A DNA stretch of 64,000 nt. It comes from the human T2T-CHM13v2.0 reference genome, Homo sapiens. This document shows positions 13,760 through 25,120 of this stretch, piece after piece (the first letter of the stretch is position 1; every line of letters begins with the position of its first letter). The position numbers were made by a program, and so were the translations under genes. The notes under the pieces are model-generated. The model saw only the letters and a list, made by a program, of their open reading frames with translations, did not search any database and was not told the origin of the DNA. The stretch is taken from the NCBI RefSeq assembly GCF_009914755.1, contig NC_060938.1. One strand, 5' to 3'.

Positions 13760-15058
13760 GTGATACCCTGGTGGTTCCTGAGCCCCCCATGGTGGCCTGA
13801 GCACCCCCTGTTCGTCCTGAAGCTCTGGTGTCCTCAGCACTCTGAGCAGTCGTGAGTGCCTCCTGGTGGTCTTGTGTGTCTTTAGGTGTTTCTGTTACCC
13901 CTGGTCCTGAGTATTTCTTGGTGGTCTGGAATGCACCCTCGTGATTCTGTGCCCCCTGCTGTCCTGAGCACCCCCTGGTGTCCTGAGCCCCTTCCCTGGT
14001 GTCCTGCATGCCCCTGCTAGTCCTGGTCACCCCCAGGTGTTTCTGAGAGCCCCCTGGTGTCCTGAGCACCCTCCCTGGTGTCCTGAGCGCCCCTGCTGTC
14101 CTGAGTGTCCCTGGGTGTCCTGAGAACCTGCTGGTGGTTCTGAATGCCCCCAGTGTCCTGAGCGCCCCCTGGTGGTTCTGAGTGCCCCCGAGTGGTTCTG
14201 ATCCTCTTCTGGTGTCCTGAGTGCCTCCTGCTCCCCCGAGTGCCCCCTGGTGGTCCTGAGTGCCTCTTGCTGGTCCTGAGCATCCCACTGTGTCTTGAGC
14301 GCCCCCTGCTGTCCTGAGTGCACCCCGTGGTACTGAGCGCCCCCTGCTGTCCTGAGTGCCACCTGGTGGTTCTGAGTGCCCCCAGGTCATTCTGAGCTTC
14401 CCCTGGTGTCCTGAGCGCCCCCTGCAGGTTCTGAGGGCCGCATGATGTCCTGGGTGCCCCCTGGTGGTTCTGAGCACCCCCAGGTTGTTCTGAGAGCCCC
14501 CTGTTACCCTGAGAACAGCCTGCTGCTCCTGCATGCCCCATGGTGTCCTGAGCACCCCCTGCTGGTCCTGAGCGCCCCCTAGTGGTCCTGAGCGCCCCCT
14601 GCTGTCCTGAGTGCCCCCTGGTGGTTCCAAGTGCCCCCAGGTCTTTCTGACCTTCCCCTGGTGTTCTGAGCGCCCCCTGCAGGTCCTGAGGGCCCCATGG
14701 TGTCCCGAATGCCTGCTGCTGTCCTGAGTGACCCCTAGTGGTTCTGAGCACCCCCAGGTGGTTCTGTGAGCCCCCTGTTGCCCTGAGCACGGCCTGCTTC
14801 TCCTGCATGCCTCATAGAGTCCCAAGCATGCCCTGCTGGTCATGAGCGCCCCCTGGTGTCCTGAGTACCACCTGGTGGTTCTGAGCTCCCCCTGGTGTCC
14901 AGAGCGCCCCCTGGTTTCCTGAGTGACCCTTGGTGGTTCTGAGAGCCCCCTGGTGATCCTGAGCAATGCCCCCTACAACACACACCATGTCCTGAGCGCA
15001 CCCTGCTCTGCTGAGCACCCTCTGCTGTCCTGAGTGCCCCCTGGTGTCCTAAGCACCA
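13760..15058 (-). repeat. GC-rich 19-20-bp minisatellite (~65 units) made of CTCF-like motifs
   Basis: Unit (g)gtcctgagcgccccctggt; exact CCACCAGGGGGCGC at 14175-14162 and CCACTAGGGGGCGC at 14585-14572 on the minus strand; ~255-bp higher-order duplication (14333-14540 vs 14588-14814). Confidence 0.9.
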
Positions 15059-15094
15059 TTTATCACAAAGTCCTCTCTTGTCTCCCTGCAGGGA

Positions 15095-15410
15095 GGTTTC
15101 TGTCTGGACTCACAGAAATGTCCCTCGCTGTGTCTCTCACAGTAATACACTGCCTACCCCTGTGAGAGCCCCCTCAGCTTCCAAGTAGATTATTTTAAGG
15201 GAGACTGTGCTGGTAATTGGTGTCCCTGGGAATTGTGAATCTTCATTATGCTGATGCAGAATATCACTGAGAACTTCCACTTGAATCAATCACTGTTACC
15301 ACCCACTCCAGCCTCTGTCCCCCAGCCATCTGGGCTCAATTTATGCTGTAGTCAGTGAAGGTGAATCTTGATGCTTTGCAAAAGAGGCTAAGAGAACAGC
15401 CAGGCTGTTT
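15095..15410 (-). pseudogene. IGHV(III)-67-3: Clan III V pseudogene with RSS, 5'-truncated
   Basis: QPGCSLSLFCKASRFTFTDYSIN*...LEWV...YYCER, several stops; RSS CACAGCG (15132-15126), 22-bp spacer, ACAGAAACC (15103-15095). Confidence 0.8.
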
Positions 15411-15514
15411 TGCCAAAGATAAAAATATAGATCCAGTAAACATTTGAGGTTTCCCAGGAAGGTGGGGAGAAGGTGTGTGGATTAGGTGAAACACACACTT
15501 TTTAATCCCAATGA

Positions 15515-15811
<297 letters not shown>

Positions 15812-16359
15812 AATGAAACTATTTTTATGATATTCAATGATGGACACATGGCATAAAGAATTTCTGAAAACTCATATTTTTTGAGACAAAGTGTTAACCT
15901 AAATGCATACAACTTCGAAAGTATTTAGCAGGTCATGAAACACAAAAAAAGACAGCTGTATAAAAATATCTAACAACAATCAGAAGGTTTGAACTAATTA
16001 CACTGAAGAAGGTGGGGCATAAATATTGGACACAAGAGACTTGGAAAGAATTTGATGTTGTGATTGTAAAACATAAATAAGCTCCACATAAGCACTGTAT
16101 TCTAGTTGATAAACATATTTTCAACAAGGGTCAGTTTAACAATCCTAAAGACGATTTGTGTATTTTGAAATTGTGCACTAAGTAAATTAATGTCATATCT
16201 TAGGAGAGGTTTTCTCATTTTGGAGTGTGGGATTATGGACAAGCAGAGAAAGAAGGCTATGAATGTCTATGTGGATGACAGTAGTGTGTAAAAGCCAGTG
16301 TGTTCTTAGGTTTAATGTAATATAGTTACAGAATATTAGACACATAAACACTTTAATTT

Positions 16360-17130
16360 TGAATCTTTGTGGGTAAATAGTACACGTATATATTTATGGG
16401 GTACAGGACTCTGAATCAGCATGAACTGCATAATAATCACATCATGAAGAATATTTTATACATCCTCTCAAGCATTAATAGAGTTACCAACATTCCATTC
16501 ATAAACTTTTATTTTAAAATCTATAATTAAGTTATTGAGGACTATATTTATTCTGTTGTGTTATAAAATATTATGTGTTATTTATTATTTCTAATCACTT
16601 TTTCTACCCATTGACCATCCCCAATAATCCCCATCTACCATAGACCTTCCCAGCTTCTGGTGACCATCTTTTCCCTCTCTATCTCCACGAGTTCAATTGT
16701 CTTAATTTTTAGCTTTCACAAATAAATGGGAACATGTGAATTTTGTCTTTCTGTTCTGGGCTCATTTCAATTAATATAGTGAACTCCAGTTTCATCCATG
16801 TTGCTGCAAATGACAAAATCTCATTTTTTTATGGCATGATATTAACCCATATCCTATATGTACCATATTTTATTTATCCATTCATGTGTTAATCGGCACA
16901 TAGGTTGCTTTCAAATTTTGACTGTTGTGAACAGTGCTTTAACAGTGCTATTACAGACATGGTAGTGCAAAAACATTTCCTTTTTAGGGGTATATACCAG
17001 CAGCAGGATTGCCAGATTATATGATAACTCTATCGTCAGGTTTTGAGGAAACTCTAAGCTGTTCTCTATAGTGGTTGTACTAATTTAAATGCTCAACAGT
17101 TTATGAGTGTTCCCATTTCTCCACAGCCTC
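16360..17130 (-). mobile_element. L1MA-type 3' end
   Basis: ttcatccatgttgctgcaaatgacaaaatctcatt...ttttgaggaaactc...ggttgtactaattta. Confidence 0.8.
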
Positions 17131-17166
17131 CCAGGATCCTGATGTGGAGCTGCTTTCTAAGAGATT

Positions 17167-17490
17167 CTTCCTGTTCTGAGTGCCCACTGGTGTTCTGAGC
17201 GCCCCCTGGTGTCCTGAGCGTCCCCTCGTGGTCCTGAGCTTCCTTCCCCTCGCGGTTCAGAGCGTCTCTTGGTTTCCTCAGCGCCCCCCCCCCCCCCCCC
17301 CCCGGTGGCTCCAGCACGCTGACGTGTCCTGAGGTCCTCCTGGTGGCCCTGAGGGCTCCCTAGTGGTCCTGAATGCCCCCTGGTGCCCTAAGAGCCCCCT
17401 GGTGGATCCGAGCACCCCCCGCTGTATCCTGAGTGCCGCCTGGTGTCCTGAGCGCCCCCTTGTGTTGAGTGCCCCCTGGTGCTTCTGAGC
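17167..17490 (-). repeat. Second CTCF-motif minisatellite (~16 units) with a C20 run
   Basis: Same ctgagcgccccctggtg unit; poly-C 17284-17303; its flank cctgatgtggagctgc matches the flank at ~13719. Confidence 0.85.
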
Positions 17491-17561
17491 AGCATCTACC
17501 ATGCAGTTCCCTCCTGTCTCCCTGCAGATTTTTGTGTCTGGGCTTGTGCAGATAATCTCTC

Positions 17562-17997
17562 TCCTGTGAAGCTCACAGTATTACACAACCTTGTCCTTGG
17601 CTTTCAGGTTAGTCATTGTAAGGTAGAGTGCACGTGAAAGGGTGTCGCTGGACCAGTTAATTTATTTGTACTCATGAAGAGTAAACCTGAGCACTCCCAC
17701 TTGTTGACTCACTGTTGCCAGCCACCACAATCCCTGTTGTGAAGCCTGCTGGACCAACCTCAGGCTGTTGCCAGAAAAGGTGAATCCAGACGCTTTGCAA
17801 GAAAGTCTCAGTGAACCACTGGGCTGTACTACGTTTACCCCTCTGACTCCACCACTGAACTTCATACAGGACTTCTATGAACACAGAGGAAATAGACTGA
17901 GAACAACCCTATGAGCAGCCACAGCTGGACCTGATTTACAAGGGACACTAATATGGAGGGTGATGAGAAGGGAAACCCAGATCAGTGCAGACTCCAT
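17562..17997 (-). pseudogene. IGHV(III)-67-4: Clan III V pseudogene
   Basis: Leader ATG GAG TCT GCA CTG ATC TGG GTT at 17997; V exon 17874-17569 (EVQ..., [20 protein letters not shown]) with frameshifts and stops; heptamer CACAGGA. Confidence 0.8.
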
Positions 17998-18519
17998 AGT
18001 GTGAACACTGAAGAAAGACACAGATATGGGGTGGCTCCTCACCAGGGCCTGAAGGAACAGGGGATGAGCTGCCTTTCATGAGGAGGGGATGGGACATATT
18101 TCCAGGTCTTTCTCTTTGTGGTCGTAGGTGCACCACTCAGCGTTGCTCATCCATCCTCTGTGTCTCCATTTCAGGGAAGGCAGAGTCAAATGGTTCCTGC
18201 GTCTGGATGCACAGGGTTAATCTGCCCATTGCTCTTTTTTATTCTCTAATGTGGACACTGTTCAGGTATCTTCATGTGAGCAAACATTATCAACAAATTA
18301 GTCCAGTAAGAACATAAGAAATACATTTCCAGAGAAAATGGAAATCTGACTGTAATCAGTGCATTTATAGCTGCAAACGACTGTTTCTGACAATGAGATG
18401 AAGTTATGTTACAATAGACAAAATGCAGATCTACAGATTTTCAGGGTTGGAGTTTATAATTATCATTATCTTGAGATCATTTTGTCGCAAGACAGTTTAA
18501 CATTGGACATATGTGCTTG

Positions 18520-18815
18520 TGTCAGGAAACAGTCAGTGTTGAAATATGTGTACTTATCTGAGTGAAGACTTCATTCACACTGAGACATGTTTGCTTATCT
18601 GAGACAAGAGTCCACATGAGGAAATGTCTGTTTTCTGAGGAAAGTGTAAATGTAAGGACATATGTGGTAGTCTGAGGAAATAGTCCATGTGGGGACATTT
18701 GTGTTTGAGGGAAGAATCCACATGAGTGAAGCTGTGTCTGTCTGACAGAAGAGTCCACATATTGACAGGTGTGTACCCATCTGAGGGTAAATGCCCATTC
18801 AGGTCAGCGTATGCC
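18520..18815. repeat. Degenerate ~36-bp tandem repeat (~8 units)
   Basis: Recurrent tctgaggaaagagtccacatg..gacatgtgt units. Confidence 0.65.
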
Positions 18816-20787
18816 TGAACTAAGCTGAAGTTAGGGGAAAATCTTTCTCAACCAATGAAAGAAAAGAATCCTTTGGGTTATTTGCTTGTCGGGAATTAAA
18901 AACAAGGGTAAGGTAGAAAATTGATTTTTTTAAAATAAAAGGTCTTCAGTGAATGGAAACATTGTATATGCAAATGGGGAAAATTACTTCATTCTTTGTT
19001 GCATGTATCTCATAACATCCCCACTCTCACCAAATAAGTTATTGGATAATTTTATACAGTCTGCATTTAATCCTGGGGTTAATGAACTGCTGAATTTTTT
19101 TAATTGAATATGTTTAAGTTTATATTTTCTATCACAAAATTATTAGCTTAGACAAATTAGTTATATCATATCTCAACCATTGCATATCACTAAAAATAGT
19201 TTTATTTTTCCTAAACACCACATTTTTTTTTTGCTTATTTTATACCCACTCTCTAAATTCCTGGAACATCCTCTGTCTGTTTACTTGACTATAGTCTAAG
19301 CATTTATGGAATTTCAAATAAATGAAATTATACAATGTAATTGAAATGACTTCATTGAAGAATGTGGAAAATGAAGTTGCTGACCTAAGCAACTCAGAAA
19401 ACGAAGAAATTCTATAAGTTTAATGTGTAAAAAATCTGCACATAAGCACTCTATTCTAGTAGATAAACATGGTTCCATCAAGGGCACAGCTTTACACTTT
19501 TGATACTGCTATGCATGTGTCCTGAAACTGTGCAGCTAAGTAATAAAATTACATATGGTGGAATGGGGTTTCTCACTTTGCAGTGGGTGGTTATGGAAAC
19601 GCAAAGAAAGAAGACTAGAAAGGTTCATGTGCTAACATAGTTGGGTGGAGAGACCAGTGTGTTCTCATTTTTAATGTGATATGGTTACAGAAGATTAGAT
19701 ACATAAATAGTTTCAATGAGTCCATAAACTTGGGTTCACATAAACATGCACGTTTACTGGGACCATTGTTTGAGAGGTTCTAGAAGTACTCATACCACAT
19801 TAACAACACACAGAGCCAGTATCACAATGTTTTATTTTAATACTATTCTTTAACATCAGAAACATGCAATCTTTATAAAAGTGGTTGATTCTATGTAAAA
19901 AAAGGTAATAAAGAAAACAAGCTTAGAATTTATGGTAATACCAGGAAATACGCAAGTGTTCAAAAACAAAAATATGAGGTGTGCTGTAAGGATGCAGGAT
20001 TCAAACAAAATGAGCTCCCAGCACCTAATAAAGCTGTGGTGCTTTGAACAATTAAATGAATGATGTAGCATGGATCTTTTTCAAAGTATAAAATGGACAT
20101 CCATCAACCAATACTGATATTAATAGATGATTAATTAAAAAATAATAGGAAGAAGAACACATCTCCTTACAGAAGTATTCCAAATACATTAGATTGATGG
20201 TCCTCCAATCAAGCAGGTGAAGTTTAAACACTCATGAGTTGATTGTGGCCTGAGATTAGAGATATGGAAAAAATAATGACTATTAGTTTATTTTATAATG
20301 AAACTTCAGATATAATGCCAAAGGCATGATCTATGAATGAATAAAATTATATATGTTTTCAATCTAAATTTGTACAAACACACACACACACAAACACACA
20401 CATTTTTCTGCGATACCTACTGATAAGGGAGTAAAAGGCAACCACAGACTTGGAGAAAATACTTCCTGTGGGGTTCAGTCAGGCTCGTGGGAAAAATTTT
20501 AGTTATAATAGCCACAAGTCCTCGTGGAAGGCTTGAGAGATTGCATAACTTCAGTAATAAATCTGGCTGAAGGCAGCCTAGTCCCCTTACCTTTAGTTTA
20601 GTAAATTTGAGTAGAAACAAAAGAATGTGGGGAGTTTATCTAACTAGCTTGTTCACTCATGTGGTCCTAAGACTCACCTTTGATCTACCTGGATGGTCAG
20701 TCAAGCTGGCAAAGCAGAATATCTGTGTGTCAGTGTACTTTATTCACCCGTTGTTGTGTCAGGACCTGCAGGACAGACCCCCACAGC

Positions 20788-20805
20788 CGGTGCCCCATGT
20801 GAGGA
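20788..20805 (+). promoter_or_regulatory. Retroviral primer binding site, tRNA-Met-like
   Basis: cggtgccccatgtgagga directly after the 5' LTR; 16/18 match to TGGTGCCCCGTGTGAGGA (complement of the elongator tRNA-Met 3' end as recalled), consistent with HML-5. Confidence 0.7.
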
Positions 20806-20946
20806 TTGCTGCAAAGGGAGCGTGACAGACCCCATGAAAACGAAGGTTGAGGAAGACTGCGTGGTCAAGTCAGTAAAACAGTAAGTCATTGGTGCCCACT
20901 TGGGATCTCCAAGTTCAGGGGAGATTGTTCAGGCTGAGATTTCATC

Positions 20947-21460
20947 ATGGGACAGCAGTTATCAGCTCAACACAAACAGCATATGAAAGTATTGTAACAG
21001 TTGCTTAAGGCTAGGGGAGCATCAGTTTCGCAGGCTCAATTAAGGCACCTAATGAAAACTGTTGTCTCACATAATCTGTGGTCCCAGAAGAAGGAAAGCT
21101 AGAAGTAAAGCTCTGGGAACAAGTAGGGAGAAATCTTGAACAGCATTACACACAAGCGCAACGGGTCCCAGCATCATCTTTAACACTATGGGCTTTAGTA
21201 GGGATGGCTTTAGTCCCATTATACAAAGAAGAACCCAAAAAGGGGAAGGAGGAAGAAACGTCACTTGCCTTACCACCTGCTCTTCCCAAAATAACAAAGA
21301 GGAAACGGAGGTTTTGCCTGAGCCCCCTCTTTCAATAGATAGAAAAAATAGAGGAAATACACTACAGCTATATGTCCCTGTCTTCGACAAGCAGCATTAA
21401 AAGGGGAGCTCTTAGACTGCCCAGTAATGCAAGATCAGCAAGGCAATCAGGTACACGAAG
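20947..21460 (+). pseudogene. gag remnant (matrix region)
   Basis: MGQQLSAQHKQ...PEEGKLEVKLWEQVGRNL, betaretroviral MA-like, with stops and frameshifts. Confidence 0.8.
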
Positions 21461-21759
21461 GGTTAAGAAAAGGCATTAGGGGCAGGAGCAAGTGCAGGAA
21501 GCTCCCCTCTGCCGGCAGCAGCTGCTGAGCAGTGTGGGGAGGGAGCTGGCACAGAGGAAACGCGGTGGCGAAAAGTGGCTTCTAAGCAAGCACAAAGCCG
21601 CAGCCGCCCTGGGACCCACCTGCTCCGCTCTCTGGCTCCGCAGGCGGCCCAAAGCAAAATTTGTTATGTTCTTTGTATACAAGCGACATCCCAGATTATA
21701 ATTCTATGATAAGAGTTAAGTAAAATTTAAGAATTTGAGAAACCTCTTTCTAATAATGG

Positions 21760-23170
21760 CCACTGTTATCTCTCTCTTATTCCTAACATGACTCCAAATC
21801 CAGTTTAAGTAAAACAGTAACCTCTAAAGGGAGAGACATTACAAAAAGCCCCTAAGTTAGTTAGGGAGCAATTAAAAGCAAGCTTTGCTCCCTAGTAGGA
21901 AAAAGTTTCCTGGCTACAAGATTATTCATTTTATGGGTAATATTCTACTAACAGCCCTTAGAATTTACCCATTTTCATCATTCCCAAAAGGCCTAGTTAA
22001 TGTGTTACCTACAAAAATAGTTTACTCCCCCATATTTAATGCTTTAGCACTGTTTACTGATAGATCTGGTAAATATGGAAAAGCAGCAGTCTGGTGGACA
22101 CCACACAATTCATTCACTCAATCTGGGTTTACTAGCACTCAGAAAGCTAAAGTTGAGTCCTTAATATTGGGTCTAGAGAACTTTTACAGCCCTAATTAAG
22201 TCAACTCTGGAGCCAGCCCTGTGGACTCTTTTTCTCTGATTTCAGCAATTGCTAAATCAAAGTACACATCCTATTTTATTACACACATTCCAGCCCACAG
22301 CTCACTGCCTGGTCCATTAGCTTATGACAATAATCAAGCCAACCTTCAAGTTATGATATCGCTGCTTGACCAAGCCACCCAATTGCACCAATTTTTCCAC
22401 CAAAATTGGAAAAACTTATCTAAACAATTCCAACTTATATAGAGACTGGCTAAACAGTCTCTGAGATCGCCAGCTCAACTTATACAGAGACTGGCTAAAC
22501 AGTCTCTGAGATCGCCAGCTCACAGGCACGTCTCCTCCTTCAACAGGTATTAACCCTAGAACCTAATCTGTTGTGGCAAACAGATGTTACACACATCCCT
22601 GAATTTGGAAAACTTAGATAGGTACATGTATCCTTTGATATCAACACTCATTTAAGTAGTGCACATACTCCGCCTGGAGAGTTTACTCGATATGTCATTA
22701 AACATCTTCTTTTATCTTTTGCATTTATGGAACAACCCGCAAAAATTAAGACTGATAATTGTCCAGGTTAGGCCAGCTCACAATTTCAACAATTTTGTCA
22801 CACGTGGAATATCCGACATTCCTCAGGTATCCCATATAAACCCCAAGGACAAGCAATAGTAGAACTTGCCAACTCCACCCTTAAAATATGCACAAAAAAC
22901 AAAAACAGGGGAGTATGGGTACAGACCCTGCAACACTTTTGGCACAAACCTTATTTTTTTAATTTAGAAGACAAATTTGAATCCGCTGTAGAAAAGCACT
23001 TTGCTAAAATTTCCCAATACATGAAACCTGCAGTTTTATGGAAAGATGTAAACAGTAATGAATGGTGTGGTCCAAGTGAATTATTAATGTGGGGAAGAGG
23101 GTACGCTTGTATCCACACCCCCTCGGGTCGTCTTTGGGTTCCAGCACGACGCATCAAACCATACCAGGAC
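21760..23170 (+). pseudogene. pol remnant: RT N-terminus, large RT deletion, RNase H and integrase
   Basis: PLKGE.LQKA..LVREQL; FTDRSG; HQFFHQN; WQTDVTHIPEFGK; KTDN; PQGQAIVE; VLWKD..WGRGYAC..LWVPAR. Confidence 0.85.
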
Positions 23171-25120
23171 ATTGCTAGGACCCAACCCAGTACCAGAAAT
23201 GAAGGAGTTAACCCTACAAGACCTACAGCCCCGGACGATGCAGCTTCTGTGAACAACACAATCCCCAGACATTACCTGGGGGGTACTGAAAAGGACAACT
23301 CAGGAGGCTGAACGAATCCTGCTCCAAATGCAGACACCATTTACTCCAGATAATGTGTTTGGTGCTATGATTTCTGTTGTACATTGCAACTCATGTAGGG
23401 TATTAATCCTTTTTATGCTCTCACTTTGTCTGCAACCTGTACCTGCTACACTCTATTGGGCCTCTATCTTAGACACACCTTTCTTTCACCCTGCCAAATG
23501 GGAAGACACTCCCTTCCCAGCCTATAGTAACGTGACTGCTTGGCTAGGAGGGATAGATTTACCCCACGTGGGGTCCCTCAATAATGGCACACAATGGACT
23601 AAGGTGGCAGATAACACTATATGTCAATCCACTATTATCCTCCCAGTGTGTGTAAGTTATAAAGACTCTAACCCTTACTGTGTACCTGCCCAAAAACAAG
23701 TATGGTTACATCATAGCAAAGGAAATGCCTTAACATTCTTAGCTGCAGATAGCCTCAAACTGAGCAATGCAATCCATGCCGCTGCTTCTTTCCCAAACAT
23801 TCCTTCCTGTGCTAAGGAACAAAGCTGGGACAGTAATCGGTTCGACTTTAGCTGGGAGGTCTGTCATGGGAGACGAGCCCATAGCCTCCAGTTAGGTAAT
23901 TATAACATCTTAGACTGGAGTCCCAGCGGCTGATTGCAGGGCAGCCTTACTAATACCTTCATCCATCAGAGCATCAATCAGTTTCATAGCCATGTCTTTT
24001 CCCCTATAATTTGTGCCAAGGGGGGATGGCATATCCAAGGCCCCAAGTAAAGTCCATGCCGCCCCAAGGTACTTTATGGTGTCTGGGACATCTTAGCACC
24101 TCCCTTAACACCTGGCATGGGACATACCATATTTCCCGTTGCAACTATGCTATAAGCTTTATTCATAATCACACTGATCAGTGCCTAATTTGCACTACCC
24201 ATCCATACGATTTCCTTATGGGAACTAACATTTCCATTACACCTCAAAACTCCACGTTTGTGACCTGGATGCAGGGACAGGCTTGGTTTGCCTCATGTAT
24301 CACTAATCACAGTATATCTAACTTAAAAATTACTAGCGCCATGGTATTAAAGAGAAAATCTGAGGCATTCTTACCAGTCAATCTGGCATGCAATTGGCAA
24401 GGTTCCTATGCCCTTGCAACCTTAGAACGTGCCCTGTCCCAGGTCAGACACAAAAGATTCATAGTTACACTTATGGCCTTTATAGTCTCAGCCATAGTCA
24501 TCCTGGCAACAGCTAGTGTTGCTGTTGCATGTATTATTGACTTAGTGTAAACTGCTGCCTTTTTAGATAATCTGGCCAAAAATGTGTCTAATGAACTTCT
24601 CTTACAGCAAGGTATAGATCAAAAAATTATCACACGTCTGCTAGCCCTTGAGGCTGCTTTAGAATATGTCAGGGAGCGACAAGATGCAGTGGCATTCTGA
24701 CAGCATTTAAACTGTGACTGGGAACATGAACATATCTGTATCACTTCTCTACCACGGAATCTATCAATACATAGTTAGGATGAGGTAAAACAATACCTCT
24801 GGGGAACCTTTCATGACAATTTAACAGCAGACGTAAAGTAAGTTCAAACTAAAATTTTAGAATCTCTTCACGCAATAGATCTACACCCCCAACAAACAGT
24901 CATATGGAAGGGTGTGTGAGATCATCTCTCCTGGTTAGACCCCGCTCCTGGGGGTCACTCTGACTGGAAAAGAATGTTGCTAATTCTACTCATGATTGTT
25001 TTATGTTATTTGCTAATTCTAGGATGCAAAGCCAGAATAAGAGCAATGACTGCCACACCTGACAGACATGTTGCTGCGCATATCTGCACGCTCCAATCCA
25101 AAAGACCTGATGTAGAAAAC
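23170..25120 (+). pseudogene. env remnant (SU-TM)
   Basis: ORFs 23328-23933 and 24011-24550; furin site RHKR followed by hydrophobic fusion peptide FIVTLMAFIVSAIVILATA; TM helix in ORF 24974-25171. Confidence 0.85.

Noticed and set aside
13680-14966. 428-aa and 263-aa minus-strand ORFs
   Set aside because: By-products of the stop-poor GC-rich minisatellite; repetitive translation in several frames and no gene structure
23328-24550. Domesticated (syncytin-like) env gene
   Set aside because: Split by stops and frameshifts, with further stops in TM; no continuous ORF
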